DNA of 64,000 nucleotides from Shigella phage SHSML-45, in the sequence record KX130863. One strand, written 5' to 3'. This document shows positions 46,324-57,035 of this stretch, one piece after another. Position 1 is the stretch's first letter. Every line of letters starts with the position of its first letter. The translations under genes were made by a program, and so were the position numbers. The notes under the pieces are model-generated. The model did no database searches, was not told the origin of the DNA, and saw only the letters and a list, made by a program, of their open reading frames with translations.

Positions 46324-47782
46324 CGTGCAAGCTGTAGTGTTGAAGATGCTTCTAGCTTCCGAACAGAAGCAAATAGCATTGGAAACATTCTCAAAACTGC
46401 ATAAAGATCATTTTAATGACGCTTTCTCCTCAATTTACCAAGCCGTCCAGAATTATTATAAAAAATATAACACAATGCCGTCCATTGACGCACTGATGCT
46501 TGAGGCTAATAGGAACGCCCGCCTTTCTCAAGCTCTAGTCGTCTTAGCTAACACTCAAATTCCAGAAGTGAGCATGGAACAGGCACTTGAAGTCCTAGAA
46601 GCCGAATATACACAGGATTTATTCCTGAAGCTTCTAGAAACAGACGTGCTTCAAGATTTAACAATGCTGGATCAGGGAGAAATTCTCAACCGAGTTGCCT
46701 CCCTTCACTTAAAATTAGAAGAGAAAGTAACGAATACTGGAAAAGTATTCAACGCAGACACAATGCGTATTTTCCAGAGAGAAGAAGATACCAAACTGAA
46801 CTTGATCGCTCTTGGTATTTGTAATGAGTTCGACGCTCAAATTGGTTTAGCTCGCACAGAAACGTTACTGCTTGGTGGTTGGCGTGGTACTGGTAAATCC
46901 ATTATCTGTTCAAACATACAGGTTCAGCAATATTTGAATGGAGATATTGCTCCATACTTCTCAATTGAGATGAAAGAACATGAAGTATTTAGACGTAATC
47001 TAGCCATGTTAGCTGGTGTATCAGCACTAGCAATGCGTAATAATACTCTAGAAGGTGCAGCTCTGTTGAGATTAGCCAGAACTAGAGCTAGGATGTTTAA
47101 TGGTGGTGAAGAGCTTTTCGATAACTTCGTTAAACAGTACACAATGGCTAAGATGAGTGATTTCTACGATATGGAAAGTAAGCTAATAGAAGGGTATGAA
47201 CTACATACTCCTATGATTATTGTTTATGATCCTGAGCTGTCTATTACAACAGTTGACGTAGAATTAAATAAATTAGTTGCTAGATATGGGGATAAAGTTA
47301 CAGTAGCTTTACTGGACTATATTAACCAAACCCGACTTCCAGACTCTAAAACCATTGATATGTATGACTGGAAAGAACAGATGGTTGTTAGCTCGTCTTT
47401 CAAATCTATCTGCCAGAAACATAACGTGGCTGGTGTAGCTCCTTACCAGATTGATCAAGATGGTAGAACACGTATGTCAAAAGGGATTCTTGATTCCGCA
47501 GACATGGCTGCTAATCTTAATGCTGCAAAAGCTGATAATGGTCAAGGTGCTATTATGTTTGACTTCGTTAAGACCCGTTCTTCTGATAGCGTGAAGTTTA
47601 TGCCTAAAATGAACTGGGAAACCCTGCGGATGGATAACACTACCAACCTAGCAATGGAAGATATATCTCAAATGGAAGCTGAGTTCGTTATCCCTATTGA
47701 GAAGGATAAGCCAGCTCAATCTAAACGTGCTAAGAAAGACAAAGCTGAAAATTCAACAGGTGAACAGGCCAGCGATATATGA
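46316..47782 (+). CDS. replicative DNA helicase (DnaB-like)
   Basis: Walker A LLGGWRGTGKSI; 488 aa; immediately upstream of the primase. Confidence 0.55.
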   Translation: MFNVQAVVLKMLLASEQKQIALETFSKLHKDHFNDAFSSIYQAVQNYYKKYNTMPSIDALMLEANRNARLSQALVVLANTQIPEVSMEQALEVLEAEYTQDLFLKLLETDVLQDLTMLDQGEILNRVASLHLKLEEKVTNTGKVFNADTMRIFQREEDTKLNLIALGICNEFDAQIGLARTETLLLGGWRGTGKSIICSNIQVQQYLNGDIAPYFSIEMKEHEVFRRNLAMLAGVSALAMRNNTLEGAALLRLARTRARMFNGGEELFDNFVKQYTMAKMSDFYDMESKLIEGYELHTPMIIVYDPELSITTVDVELNKLVARYGDKVTVALLDYINQTRLPDSKTIDMYDWKEQMVVSSSFKSICQKHNVAGVAPYQIDQDGRTRMSKGILDSADMAANLNAAKADNGQGAIMFDFVKTRSSDSVKFMPKMNWETLRMDNTTNLAMEDISQMEAEFVIPIEKDKPAQSKRAKKDKAENSTGEQASDI

Positions 47783-48312
47783 TAACACAGGAACGACTAA
47801 AAGAACTGTTTGACTACTCCCCAGAGACTGGGGAGTTTATTAGAAAAGTATCTAGAGGCAACCAGAAAGCCGGGAGTATAGTAACTAGAAAGGATTCAAA
47901 CGGTTATATAATTATCGGTATAGATGGTAGGGATTATAAAGCCCATCGTATGGCCTTCCTATTTATGGAAAACACGTTACCTGAAAAAGTAGACCATATA
48001 AACCGTATACGAAGTGATAATCGATGGTGTAATCTAAGAGACGCCACAGCCCAGGAAAATAGTAGAAATAAAACCGCATGTAGTAAGTCTGGATATTTGG
48101 GAGTTGCTTGGGATATAGAAAAACAAAGATGGAGAGTTCAAGTAAGAGACTCTAATAGCACTCTTAAAAATGGTGGCAGATTTAAGTATGAAGAGCTAGA
48201 GCTAGCTGTAAATTCAGCAAATATATTAAGGACTAAGTTACATGGAGAACGTGCTGTTATAGAATTTTTTGATACATCTAATTATCCTTCACTGGAGGAG
48301 TTAAATTCATGA
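47779..48312 (+). CDS. HNH homing endonuclease
   Basis: AHRMAFLFMENTLPEKVDHINRIRSDNRWCNLRD; inserted between helicase and primase. Confidence 0.8.
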   Translation: MITQERLKELFDYSPETGEFIRKVSRGNQKAGSIVTRKDSNGYIIIGIDGRDYKAHRMAFLFMENTLPEKVDHINRIRSDNRWCNLRDATAQENSRNKTACSKSGYLGVAWDIEKQRWRVQVRDSNSTLKNGGRFKYEELELAVNSANILRTKLHGERAVIEFFDTSNYPSLEELNS

Positions 48313-49199
48313 GTAGAATAACAGAGTTACTTGATCTAAAAGGAATTGAGTACAAGGATACAGGCGGGGATATTCTTATATGCTGCCTGAATCCTGAACA
48401 CGAGGATAAACACCCAAGTTTGCGTATTGATCCTGAAACCGGGATTATGCACTGCTTGAGTTGCGGTTTTGGCAAAGGTATACCTAGTATTTATCATTAT
48501 TTTAATGAGACTCAATATAGACAATCTCCAAGACTATCCCAAGTACGTAAAAAAATTTCTGAGATTAGAAATGGATCTACGAATCTTGCAATCCCAGAAT
48601 CTGCTTTTCTTTTTGAAGGTGATTTCCGAGGTATCAGTTCTAAGACCTTAAAGAAATATTTTGCTTTCCAACACCAAGAGGACTGGGAAGGCAGAATTGT
48701 ATTCCCAATCACAGATGCTGTTGGACGCAATATCCTATTTTTGGGTCGTTCTATAAACAGTTCTGCCCCTCCTAAATACTTAGTAAAACCAAAACAAGTT
48801 TCACCACCAATTTTTCCTGTACGATATAATACTCCAGTTCTTATTCTAGTTGAAGGCATCTTTGATATGCTGAACCTAGAGGATAATGGTATAGACTATG
48901 CTTCTTGCTGCTTTGGTACACATCAGTTTACTTCGGATAACATTGCTGATAAGTTCAGTCCTTACATTATTGCTGGAGTAAGAGTAGTTGTTATCTTGCT
49001 AGATAATGATGCCTCTGGTAATAAAGCTGCTCAAGCACTAGCGAAGCTAATTCGTACAAAAACACGTTTAACACCTGTAGTTGGTAACTTCCTTCTTCCA
49101 GAAGGTAAAGACCCAGGTGATTTAAATAAAGAAGAGATCGATATGTTGGCTCAACGTATTGAAATTTTAGTTGCCGAATCGCTCAAAGATTTGGTATAA
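48309..49199 (+). CDS. DNA primase (DnaG-like zinc finger plus Toprim)
   Basis: Zinc finger CCLNPEHEDKHPSLRIDPETGIMHCLSCG; Toprim acidic motifs LVEGIFDMLNL and VVILLDNDASG. Confidence 0.75.
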   Translation: MSRITELLDLKGIEYKDTGGDILICCLNPEHEDKHPSLRIDPETGIMHCLSCGFGKGIPSIYHYFNETQYRQSPRLSQVRKKISEIRNGSTNLAIPESAFLFEGDFRGISSKTLKKYFAFQHQEDWEGRIVFPITDAVGRNILFLGRSINSSAPPKYLVKPKQVSPPIFPVRYNTPVLILVEGIFDMLNLEDNGIDYASCCFGTHQFTSDNIADKFSPYIIAGVRVVVILLDNDASGNKAAQALAKLIRTKTRLTPVVGNFLLPEGKDPGDLNKEEIDMLAQRIEILVAESLKDLV

Positions 49200-49261
49200 T
49201 ATATTGGTAAGTTAGAGAAGAAACACTGAAGTTATACTTACTTACCAAAAGGAGACTAAAT

Positions 49262-51829
49262 TTGAAAATTGCAGTAGTTGATAAAGCTCTAAATAACACT
49301 CGTTATGATAAACACTTCCAGCTTTATGGTGAGGAAGTTGATGTATTCCATATGTGTAACGAGAAGTTATCTGGTCGTTTGCTGAAAAAGCATATTACAA
49401 TCGGAACTCCAGATAACCCGTTCGATCCGAACGATTACGATTTTGTTGTGCTAGTTGGTGCTGAACCTTTCCTGTATTTCGCAGGTAAGAAAGGTATCGG
49501 TGATTATACTGGTAAACGTGTAGAGCATGGCGGCTATGCCAACTGGATTGCAAGTATTAGTCCAGCTCAGCTACACTTTAAACCTGAAATGAAACCAGTT
49601 TTCGATGCTACTGTTGAAAGTATTCACGACATTATTAATGGTCGTGAGAAGATTGCAAAAGCTGGTGATTATCGTCCTATTACTGATCCAGACGAAGCTG
49701 AAGAATACATCAAGATGGTGTATAACATGGTTATCGGACCTATCGCATTCGACTCCGAAACCTCAGCTCTGTATGCTCGTGATGGTTATCTTCTTGGTGT
49801 TTCTATGTCTCACCAAGAGTATCAGGGTGTATATATCGATTCTGACAGCATCACCGAAGTAGCTGTACATTATCTCCAGAAAATTCTGGATAGCAAGAAT
49901 CATCAGATCGTTTTTCATAACTTGAAGTTCGATATGCACTTTTATTCCTATCATCTAGGACTTTCCTTTGAGAAAGCGCATAAAGAGCGTAGACTTCACG
50001 ATACCATGTTGCAGCACTATGTTCTAGATGAACGTCGTGGTACTCATGGCTTGAAATCTCTAGCAATGAAGTATACCGATATGGGTGACTATGACTTCGA
50101 ACTAGATAAGTTCAAGGATGATTATTGCAAGGCACATAAGATCAAAAAAGAGGATTTCAGCTATGATCTGATTCCTTTTGATATTATGTGGCCATATGCT
50201 GCAAAAGATACCGATGCTACTATACGTTTACATAACTTCTTCTTACCAAAAATTGAGAAGAACGAAAAACTTTGTAGTCTGTACTACGATGTTTTGATGC
50301 CTGGTTGCGTATTCTTGCAACGTGTTGAGGATCGTGGAGTACCTATCTCTATTGATCGCTTGAAAGAAGCTCAGTATCAGTTGACACATCGATTAAATAT
50401 GGCTCGTGAGAAGCTGTACACTTATCCAGAAGTCGTTCAGCTGGAGAAGGATCAGAACGAAGCGTTTAACCCGAACTCTGTTAAGCAACTCCGTGTTCTT
50501 CTGTTTGATTATGTTGGTTTGACTCCAACTGGTAAACTGACGGATACAGGTGCAGATTCTACAAATGCAGAAGCTCTGAATGAACTGGCTACGCAGCATC
50601 CAATTGCTAAAACTCTGCTAGAGATTCGTAAGCTGACTAAGCTGATTTCTACTTATGTTGAGAAGATTCTTCTGAGCATCGATGCAGATGGTTGCATTCG
50701 TACAGGTTTCCACGAACACATGACTACTTCTGGTCGTCTGAGTTCTTCTGGTAAGCTGAACCTGCAACAGTTACCACGTGATGAATCTATTATCAAGGGT
50801 TGTGTAGTTGCACCACCTGGATACCGTGTAATCGCGTGGGACTTAACAACTGCGGAAGTTTATTATGCTGCTGTTCTATCTGGTGATAGAAATATGCAAC
50901 AAGTATTTATCAACATGAGAAATGAACCTGATAAATACCCTGACTTCCACTCTAACATCGCACACATGGTATTTAAATTGCAATGTGAACCCCGTGATGT
51001 TAAGAAGCTGTTCCCAGCTCTGCGTCAGGCTGCTAAGGCAATTACCTTTGGTATTTTGTATGGTTCTGGCCCAGCGAAAGTAGCTCATTCTGTTAACGAA
51101 GCTCTTCTGGAACAGGCTGCTAAGACAGGCGAACCGTTTGTTGAATGTACCGTTGCAGATGCGAAGGACTATATCGAAACTTACTTCGGTCAGTTCCCTC
51201 AGCTTAAGCGTTGGATTGATAAGTGCCACGATCAGATCAAGAACTTTGGATTCATCTATAGTCACTTTGGTCGTAAGCGTCGTCTGCACAACATCCATTC
51301 CGAAGATCGTGGTGTTCAGGGTGAAGAAATCCGTTCTGGATTTAACGCAATCATTCAGTCTGCATCTTCTGATAGCCTGTTGTTAGGTGCTATTGATGCT
51401 GATGAAGAAATCCTGTCACTGGGTCTAGGAAAAGAGATGAAGATCGTCATGTTGGTTCACGACTCCGTGGTTGCCATTGTACGTGAAGATCTGATCGATC
51501 AGTATAACGAGATTCTGATTCGTAACATCCAGAAGGATCGTGGTATTAGTATCCCTGGCTGCCCAATCGGTATTGATTCTGATTCTGAGAAAGGTGGTTC
51601 TCGCGACTACTCTTGTGGTAAGATGAAGAAACAGCACCCATCAATCGCTTGTATTGATGATGATGAATATACTCGTTATGTTAAGGGTGTATTACTCGAT
51701 GCAGATTTCGAGTATAAGAAGTTAGCTGCAATGGATAAAGAGCATCCAGACCACAGCAAGTACAAGGATGATAAGTTTATTGCTGTATGTAAAGATTTGG
51801 ATAATGTAAGAAGGATTCTCGGTGCTTAA
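49262..51829 (+). CDS. DNA polymerase (family A) with 3'-5' exonuclease domain
   Basis: 855 aa; pol motif B-like KAITFGILYGSG, exo DxE region IAFDSETSAL; TTG start at 49262. Confidence 0.85.
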   Translation: MKIAVVDKALNNTRYDKHFQLYGEEVDVFHMCNEKLSGRLLKKHITIGTPDNPFDPNDYDFVVLVGAEPFLYFAGKKGIGDYTGKRVEHGGYANWIASISPAQLHFKPEMKPVFDATVESIHDIINGREKIAKAGDYRPITDPDEAEEYIKMVYNMVIGPIAFDSETSALYARDGYLLGVSMSHQEYQGVYIDSDSITEVAVHYLQKILDSKNHQIVFHNLKFDMHFYSYHLGLSFEKAHKERRLHDTMLQHYVLDERRGTHGLKSLAMKYTDMGDYDFELDKFKDDYCKAHKIKKEDFSYDLIPFDIMWPYAAKDTDATIRLHNFFLPKIEKNEKLCSLYYDVLMPGCVFLQRVEDRGVPISIDRLKEAQYQLTHRLNMAREKLYTYPEVVQLEKDQNEAFNPNSVKQLRVLLFDYVGLTPTGKLTDTGADSTNAEALNELATQHPIAKTLLEIRKLTKLISTYVEKILLSIDADGCIRTGFHEHMTTSGRLSSSGKLNLQQLPRDESIIKGCVVAPPGYRVIAWDLTTAEVYYAAVLSGDRNMQQVFINMRNEPDKYPDFHSNIAHMVFKLQCEPRDVKKLFPALRQAAKAITFGILYGSGPAKVAHSVNEALLEQAAKTGEPFVECTVADAKDYIETYFGQFPQLKRWIDKCHDQIKNFGFIYSHFGRKRRLHNIHSEDRGVQGEEIRSGFNAIIQSASSDSLLLGAIDADEEILSLGLGKEMKIVMLVHDSVVAIVREDLIDQYNEILIRNIQKDRGISIPGCPIGIDSDSEKGGSRDYSCGKMKKQHPSIACIDDDEYTRYVKGVLLDADFEYKKLAAMDKEHPDHSKYKDDKFIAVCKDLDNVRRILGA

Positions 51830-52319
51830 TTTCAAATTGCCCGTCTATGCGTTACGGGCGTTTGTATCAATTGAGCAAGAAGGTGATTATTCTGTAATTA
51901 CAACAAGATATAATAAATATGTGCTAGATAACAGGAAGTTGCCTGGCACGTTTTCTCAGCGTAGGCTTATTCTATTTGAGAAACGGAAAGAATTACCTTA
52001 TAAGCTCTATCCTATTCGTGGTAGAATATCAATGTTGTCCCAATTAGTTGGGTCAAAGCGTAGCCAGTTCATAGATTCTGATGGAAATCTTATTAACTGG
52101 AAGAAAACTACGTTCTATGATGTTGTCACCGCTAAAGTTTTGCATTCAGCTAGAATTTATAATGGAAAATACCAATGCTATGTGGCTAAAGTCCCTTATC
52201 CATTTGTATTATCCTACGTTCCAGCTTATATAAGCTATATTCTGGTAAATAATAGCCCTGTTATTTATCAAGTCCATCAAGAGGAGCCTGAAATTCCTAG
52301 ACTTAGAATAAAATTATGA
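51822..52319 (+). CDS. hypothetical protein (165 aa)
   Basis: ORF overlapping the polymerase stop. Confidence 0.4.
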   Translation: MLNFKLPVYALRAFVSIEQEGDYSVITTRYNKYVLDNRKLPGTFSQRRLILFEKRKELPYKLYPIRGRISMLSQLVGSKRSQFIDSDGNLINWKKTTFYDVVTAKVLHSARIYNGKYQCYVAKVPYPFVLSYVPAYISYILVNNSPVIYQVHQEEPEIPRLRIKL

Positions 52320-53662
52320 AGGTTGTTATATCTAATAAAGCCTATTTCAAGCCCGATGATGAACTTTGGGATTATTGTAGTAAGCAAACCACTTATCATG
52401 TAGAGACAATGACAAGTAAATACCCTATTATGTATAAGAATAGTGGTGTTGTTGCTAAAGAGATTAAGTGGATTCCCATTACTCGTCTAGATTTACTAGA
52501 TGCTAAAGGAATAAAATACGAATTAGTCGATAAACGCACATTAGCTCCGGTAGATATACCAGAACCGTCGTTTAAACTGCGTGAAGAAGATCAGCTTCCA
52601 ATATACGAAGAATGCGATGATACCTGTATTATTAATGGTAAGCCTGGGTTTGGTAAAACTATCCTAGCACTAGCACTTGCGTATAAATTTGGTCAGAAAA
52701 CTTTGGTAATCTGTACGAATACATCCATTCGTGAAATGTGGGCGGCAGAAGTTCGTAAATGGTTTGGGTTTGAACCAGGTATCATAGGTTCTGGGAAATA
52801 TAATATTGATCCACCAATTGTGGTTAGTAATATTCAAACAGTGAATAAACATGCGAATAATCTTTCTAAAGTATTCGGTACTGTTATAGTTGATGAAGTT
52901 CACCATTGTGTGGCTACAACTTTCACTAACTTCCTAGAAATATCATGTGCTCGCTATAAAATTGGACTATCCGGTACACTAAAACGAAAAGATGGTTTAC
53001 AAGTTATGTTCAAAGATTTCTTTGGATATAAGATATTTAGCCCACCGGTTAATAATACTGTTGCACCTACAATCCATAGGTACTCCGTGCCTGTTGAGCT
53101 ATCAGGAAACCAAAACGTACCGTGGGCATTACGTGCTAACGATGTGTATAACCATCCTGAATACCGAGAGACTATTATAAACCTAGCACATCTATATGTG
53201 AATATGGGGCATAAAGTACTCATTCTAAGTGATAGAACAGAGTTAATCCAAACAGTACTAGAAGCTCTTGCACAGCGTGGTGTTACAACCTATGAGATTA
53301 TAGGTGCAACTCCTTTGGATGATCGATTGAGAATCCAGAAAGATGTAGCGGAGGGCGGACCTTGTGTACTTGCAGCAGCTCAGAGTATCTTCTCAGAAGG
53401 TATTTCTCTTAACGAGCTATCTTGTTTAATAATGGGAAGTCTCATTAATAATGAATCTCTCATAGAACAGCTAGCAGGTCGCGTTCAACGTATTGTTGAC
53501 GGAAAGCTAGATCCGATTGTTGTAGATTTAATTATGAAAGGAGGTACTGGTTTAAGACAGGCTTCTGGACGTATGGCCGTGTATCGCAATAACGCGTGGA
53601 AAGTAATCACAATGACCCCTGAGAAAGCTGTGAGATTAGCACAAGAAATATTTAAAACTTGA
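52316..53662 (+). CDS. SF2 helicase (DEAH-type)
   Basis: Walker A NGKPGFGKT, Walker B VIVDEVHHC. Confidence 0.7.
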   Translation: MKVVISNKAYFKPDDELWDYCSKQTTYHVETMTSKYPIMYKNSGVVAKEIKWIPITRLDLLDAKGIKYELVDKRTLAPVDIPEPSFKLREEDQLPIYEECDDTCIINGKPGFGKTILALALAYKFGQKTLVICTNTSIREMWAAEVRKWFGFEPGIIGSGKYNIDPPIVVSNIQTVNKHANNLSKVFGTVIVDEVHHCVATTFTNFLEISCARYKIGLSGTLKRKDGLQVMFKDFFGYKIFSPPVNNTVAPTIHRYSVPVELSGNQNVPWALRANDVYNHPEYRETIINLAHLYVNMGHKVLILSDRTELIQTVLEALAQRGVTTYEIIGATPLDDRLRIQKDVAEGGPCVLAAAQSIFSEGISLNELSCLIMGSLINNESLIEQLAGRVQRIVDGKLDPIVVDLIMKGGTGLRQASGRMAVYRNNAWKVITMTPEKAVRLAQEIFKT

Positions 53663-53663
53663 C

Positions 53664-54197
53664 ATGATAACTCAACAAAGATTAAAAGAATTACTAATAT
53701 ATGATCCAGATTCTGGCCACTTTATTAACAAGGTGTCCAGGGGCAGAGGAGGTAAAATTGGGGCTATTGCTGGAAGTCCTGATAAAGATGGATATATAAT
53801 CATAGGTATAGATAGGAAATCTTATAAAGCCCATCGCTTAGCCTTCTTGTACATGGAAGGCTATATGCCTACTGAAGTAGACCACGATAATAGAATACCT
53901 TATGATAATAAATGGAGTAACTTAAAAGATTCTTCTCATTCGGAAAATATGAAAAACCGTAACCCTTATAGTAAATCTGGTTATAAAGGAGTTACGTGGA
54001 ATAAGGTTAAGAAGAAATGGCAAGTACAAGTGTGTAGGTCAGATGGTTCTACAGTTTATGGTGGGTTATTCCCTTATGAAGAATTAGAGTTAGCTATAAA
54101 TAAAGCTAACGAACTTAGAGCACAGCATCTAGGTATGGATTCCAGGCAAGAACTATTCAAAGGATATATTTGCCGACGTGAGGACTTAGATAAGTAA
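53664..54197 (+). CDS. HNH homing endonuclease
   Basis: AHRLAFLYMEGYMPTEVDHDNRIPYDNKWSNLKD. Confidence 0.8.
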   Translation: MITQQRLKELLIYDPDSGHFINKVSRGRGGKIGAIAGSPDKDGYIIIGIDRKSYKAHRLAFLYMEGYMPTEVDHDNRIPYDNKWSNLKDSSHSENMKNRNPYSKSGYKGVTWNKVKKKWQVQVCRSDGSTVYGGLFPYEELELAINKANELRAQHLGMDSRQELFKGYICRREDLDK

Positions 54198-54362
54198 AAT
54201 TGCATTTGGCAACTGCTCATAATTATTGTATAATATATACATAAATTTGAGAGAGAAAGTTTCGGATTGATAAGAAAGTCCGAAGCAGAAAAATAAAAAT
54301 TGTACTTGTCAAATCCTCCCGATTTAATGTATAATATATACATAAATTGATGAGAGACAAAA

Positions 54363-54725
54363 ATGAAATTCTTTGATTACGAGAGAATTTACCTCTTAGC
54401 TAGAGGAAACTCCGACCTGATTGTCAAGCTATTTAGTAGAATGCTTGCAGAGCCTGATGCTCACCAATTACTGGTCGGTTCTTCATTCATCTTGAATGAA
54501 TCAACTATTGTTGATAACCCTTACAAATTGTCTAATAGACAACTGGCAGAATATCTAGGAATTCTAAGTCTACGAAATTATGCCGAATATAAGTTTACAA
54601 ACGATCCGAGTTTGGACATGCAATATGTTCCCGTATGGATACCACGTTCTGTAATCGACACTAACCCACTAATTGCAATCAATAAATCGAAGATAATCTT
54701 TAAAGAGGAAATAAAATATGGCTAA
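54363..54725 (+). CDS. hypothetical protein (120 aa)
   Basis: ORF preceded by tandem promoter-like motifs at 54201-54362. Confidence 0.4.
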   Translation: MKFFDYERIYLLARGNSDLIVKLFSRMLAEPDAHQLLVGSSFILNESTIVDNPYKLSNRQLAEYLGILSLRNYAEYKFTNDPSLDMQYVPVWIPRSVIDTNPLIAINKSKIIFKEEIKYG

Positions 54726-55491
54726 GTCTTGGGGCGAAACTACTGGCGGTTCTAACGATAAAATCGACTTCCTGAAATTCAACAACGGTGTAACTCGTGT
54801 TCGTATCGTTTCTGGTGTTCTTCCACGTTATGTCTACTGGCTGACTAACAAAGATGGTAATGCAGCTCCGTTTGAGTGTCTGCGTTTCAACCGTACTAAA
54901 GAGAGCTTCGTTCGCGGTAAAGCTGACCCGATTCACGAAATGGGTTTCTTCGAGAAAGAGTTGGACAAAGATGGTAATCGTGTTCCGCTGAAACCGAAGA
55001 AAAACTACATTGCTTTCGTTATCGACCGTTCCGATAACAAACTGAAAGTTATGGAAGTTAAAGCTACTATCCTGAAAGGCATCCAGTCTATCATGAAGCA
55101 GCTTGAACTGGCAGATCCATTCGATATCGATATTTCTATCGAGAAGAAAGGTAAAGGCTTCGATACTGAGTACGATGTACAGCAGATCGCAGCAATGCAG
55201 TTCCAGATGAAACTGAAAGATCCTACCAGTGCTGAGTCTAAACTGCACGCCGCTGATGTTGATATCCTCGGTGAAGCTATGTGTGATGATACTGGTGAGT
55301 TCATCAAGTTCGAAAAAGTTCCTTCTCTGGAGCAAACCTATCCGGTTCCTACCTATGAAGAGCAGAAAGAAGCAATTCAAGCCTTCATGGAAGGTCGTGA
55401 GAATAAAGATGATGATGCCAAATCTGGTAACAGCAATGCTGGTTCCCAGAAAGGTATTGACCAAGAAGCTGCTAGCGATCTGGACGACTAA
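54718..55491 (+). CDS. putative ssDNA-binding protein
   Basis: Acidic C-terminal tail ...DQEAASDLDD, host-like codon usage, replication-gene neighbourhood; no motif-level proof. Confidence 0.4.
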   Translation: MAKSWGETTGGSNDKIDFLKFNNGVTRVRIVSGVLPRYVYWLTNKDGNAAPFECLRFNRTKESFVRGKADPIHEMGFFEKELDKDGNRVPLKPKKNYIAFVIDRSDNKLKVMEVKATILKGIQSIMKQLELADPFDIDISIEKKGKGFDTEYDVQQIAAMQFQMKLKDPTSAESKLHAADVDILGEAMCDDTGEFIKFEKVPSLEQTYPVPTYEEQKEAIQAFMEGRENKDDDAKSGNSNAGSQKGIDQEAASDLDD

Positions 55492-55500
55492 TAAACCAAG

Positions 55501-55526
55501 GGGAGCTACGGCTCCCTTTCTTTTTA
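55501..55526 (+). terminator. rho-independent terminator
   Basis: gggagc-tacg-gctccc hairpin followed by TTTCTTTTT. Confidence 0.55.
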
Positions 55527-55530
55527 ACTT

Positions 55531-56061
55531 ATGAGAAATAAGCTATATTCCTTATTTTTGGAAGACCCTAAAAAATTCATTTTATTAGTAAATAAATTCA
55601 GAGAAAGATTTTCCTATGATCCTGAGTCCGGGCTACTCTCTAGGGAAATAGGAACGGGTGGTCAGTTACCAGGATCTATAGTAGGCACGGATAATGGAAA
55701 AGGATATTTAAGAACCTCATTTAATAAGGAGCAGTATCTTGTACATTTAATTATTTATGCCATGCAGACTAATGAAATGGCAGAAGTAGTAGATCACAAA
55801 GACTTAGATAAGAAGAATAATAGATGGAGTAATCTAAGACCAACTAATAAATCAGGTAATGAAAGAAACACAAGCGTAAGATCTAATAGTACCACAGGTG
55901 TTAAAAATGTATATTGGATACCTGGGAGACATAAGTATAGGGTTCAGTTTAAAATCCACGGAGAAACAAAATACTTTGGATATTATGATACTATTCAAGA
56001 AGCAGAAGTAGTAGCTGATAGGGAACGTAGGCGACTACACGGAGAATTTGCCAGATCATGA
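55531..56061 (+). CDS. HNH homing endonuclease (divergent member)
   Basis: VHLIIYAMQTNEMAEVVDHKDLDKKNNRWSNLR...YWIPGRHKYRVQ. Confidence 0.65.
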   Translation: MRNKLYSLFLEDPKKFILLVNKFRERFSYDPESGLLSREIGTGGQLPGSIVGTDNGKGYLRTSFNKEQYLVHLIIYAMQTNEMAEVVDHKDLDKKNNRWSNLRPTNKSGNERNTSVRSNSTTGVKNVYWIPGRHKYRVQFKIHGETKYFGYYDTIQEAEVVADRERRRLHGEFARS

Positions 56062-57035
56062 AAATACTATTTAGTGCTGATCACCATATAAAACTTGGGC
56101 AAGATAAAATTCCCAAAGAATGGCAGAAGAAAAGATTCTTAATGCTGGGAGACCGTCTAAATGATATATTCCATAATCATAACTGTGATTTGCATATTAT
56201 TGGTGGTGATTTATTTGATCATTCCGACCCGTCGTCGGAAGAAGTAGAACTTCTAGAAAAATTTATGTCTAGGCTAGATCATATAGGAATGGTATTTACA
56301 GGTAATCATGAATTAATAACTAAAACGATTTCATGTCTATACCATTATGCAGGAGTTATTAATAAAGTAACAAATGGAAATTGGGAAGTAATTACCAAAC
56401 CATATCGTTCCCCTGAATTTGATATTGTTCCGTATGATGAGATCCATAAATCCAAATGGAAACCGTCTGAATCAAAACTATGTTTCACGCATGTTCGTGG
56501 TGAAATCCCTCCACATGTAAAACCAGAAATTGATCTAACTAAGTATAACTGTTATGATACTGTAATTGCTGGCGATTTACATTCTTATACTAATAGCCAG
56601 ACTATCGGATCTACTAGACTTCTCTACCCAGGGTCTCCATTAACTACATCGTTCCATAGAGAACGCACAAAAGGTACAAATGGTTGCTTTATCGTTGATA
56701 CCGACACATTAAAAGTAGAATGGATTGAACTAGGTGATTTACCACAACTGATTCGTAAAACAATCGGAGCCGGTGAAGAGATGGAACCTAGTGATTATGA
56801 TCGTGTAGTCTATGAAGTTACTGGTGACGTTGTTCAATTAAAGTCAATCAAAGACTCTGATTTATTAGATAAGAAGATTAACCATCGAGTTACTAAAGAC
56901 GCTAAGTTAAATCTTGTCGATCTCGATATGTTAGGTGAACTTGAACTTTACTTCCGTGAAGTCGAGAAGCTATCTCAAGGCGACATTGATAGAATCTTAG
57001 CTAGAGCTGCTAAATATGTCAAAGATTATAATTAA
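56058..57035 (+). CDS. SbcD/Mre11-like recombination nuclease
   Basis: Metallophosphatase motifs ILFSADHH, IIGGDLFDH, FTGNHE. Confidence 0.75.
   Translation: MKILFSADHHIKLGQDKIPKEWQKKRFLMLGDRLNDIFHNHNCDLHIIGGDLFDHSDPSSEEVELLEKFMSRLDHIGMVFTGNHELITKTISCLYHYAGVINKVTNGNWEVITKPYRSPEFDIVPYDEIHKSKWKPSESKLCFTHVRGEIPPHVKPEIDLTKYNCYDTVIAGDLHSYTNSQTIGSTRLLYPGSPLTTSFHRERTKGTNGCFIVDTDTLKVEWIELGDLPQLIRKTIGAGEEMEPSDYDRVVYEVTGDVVQLKSIKDSDLLDKKINHRVTKDAKLNLVDLDMLGELELYFREVEKLSQGDIDRILARAAKYVKDYN

Noticed and set aside
49605-51637. Short ORFs on both strands inside the DNA polymerase gene
   Set aside because: The polymerase frame is continuous with conserved motifs
54201-54362. Possible short hairpin RNA gene between two tandem promoter motifs (tttcggattgataagaaagtccgaag)
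   Set aside because: No terminator or conserved structure beyond a 6-bp stem; more simply explained as a spacer between duplicated promoters
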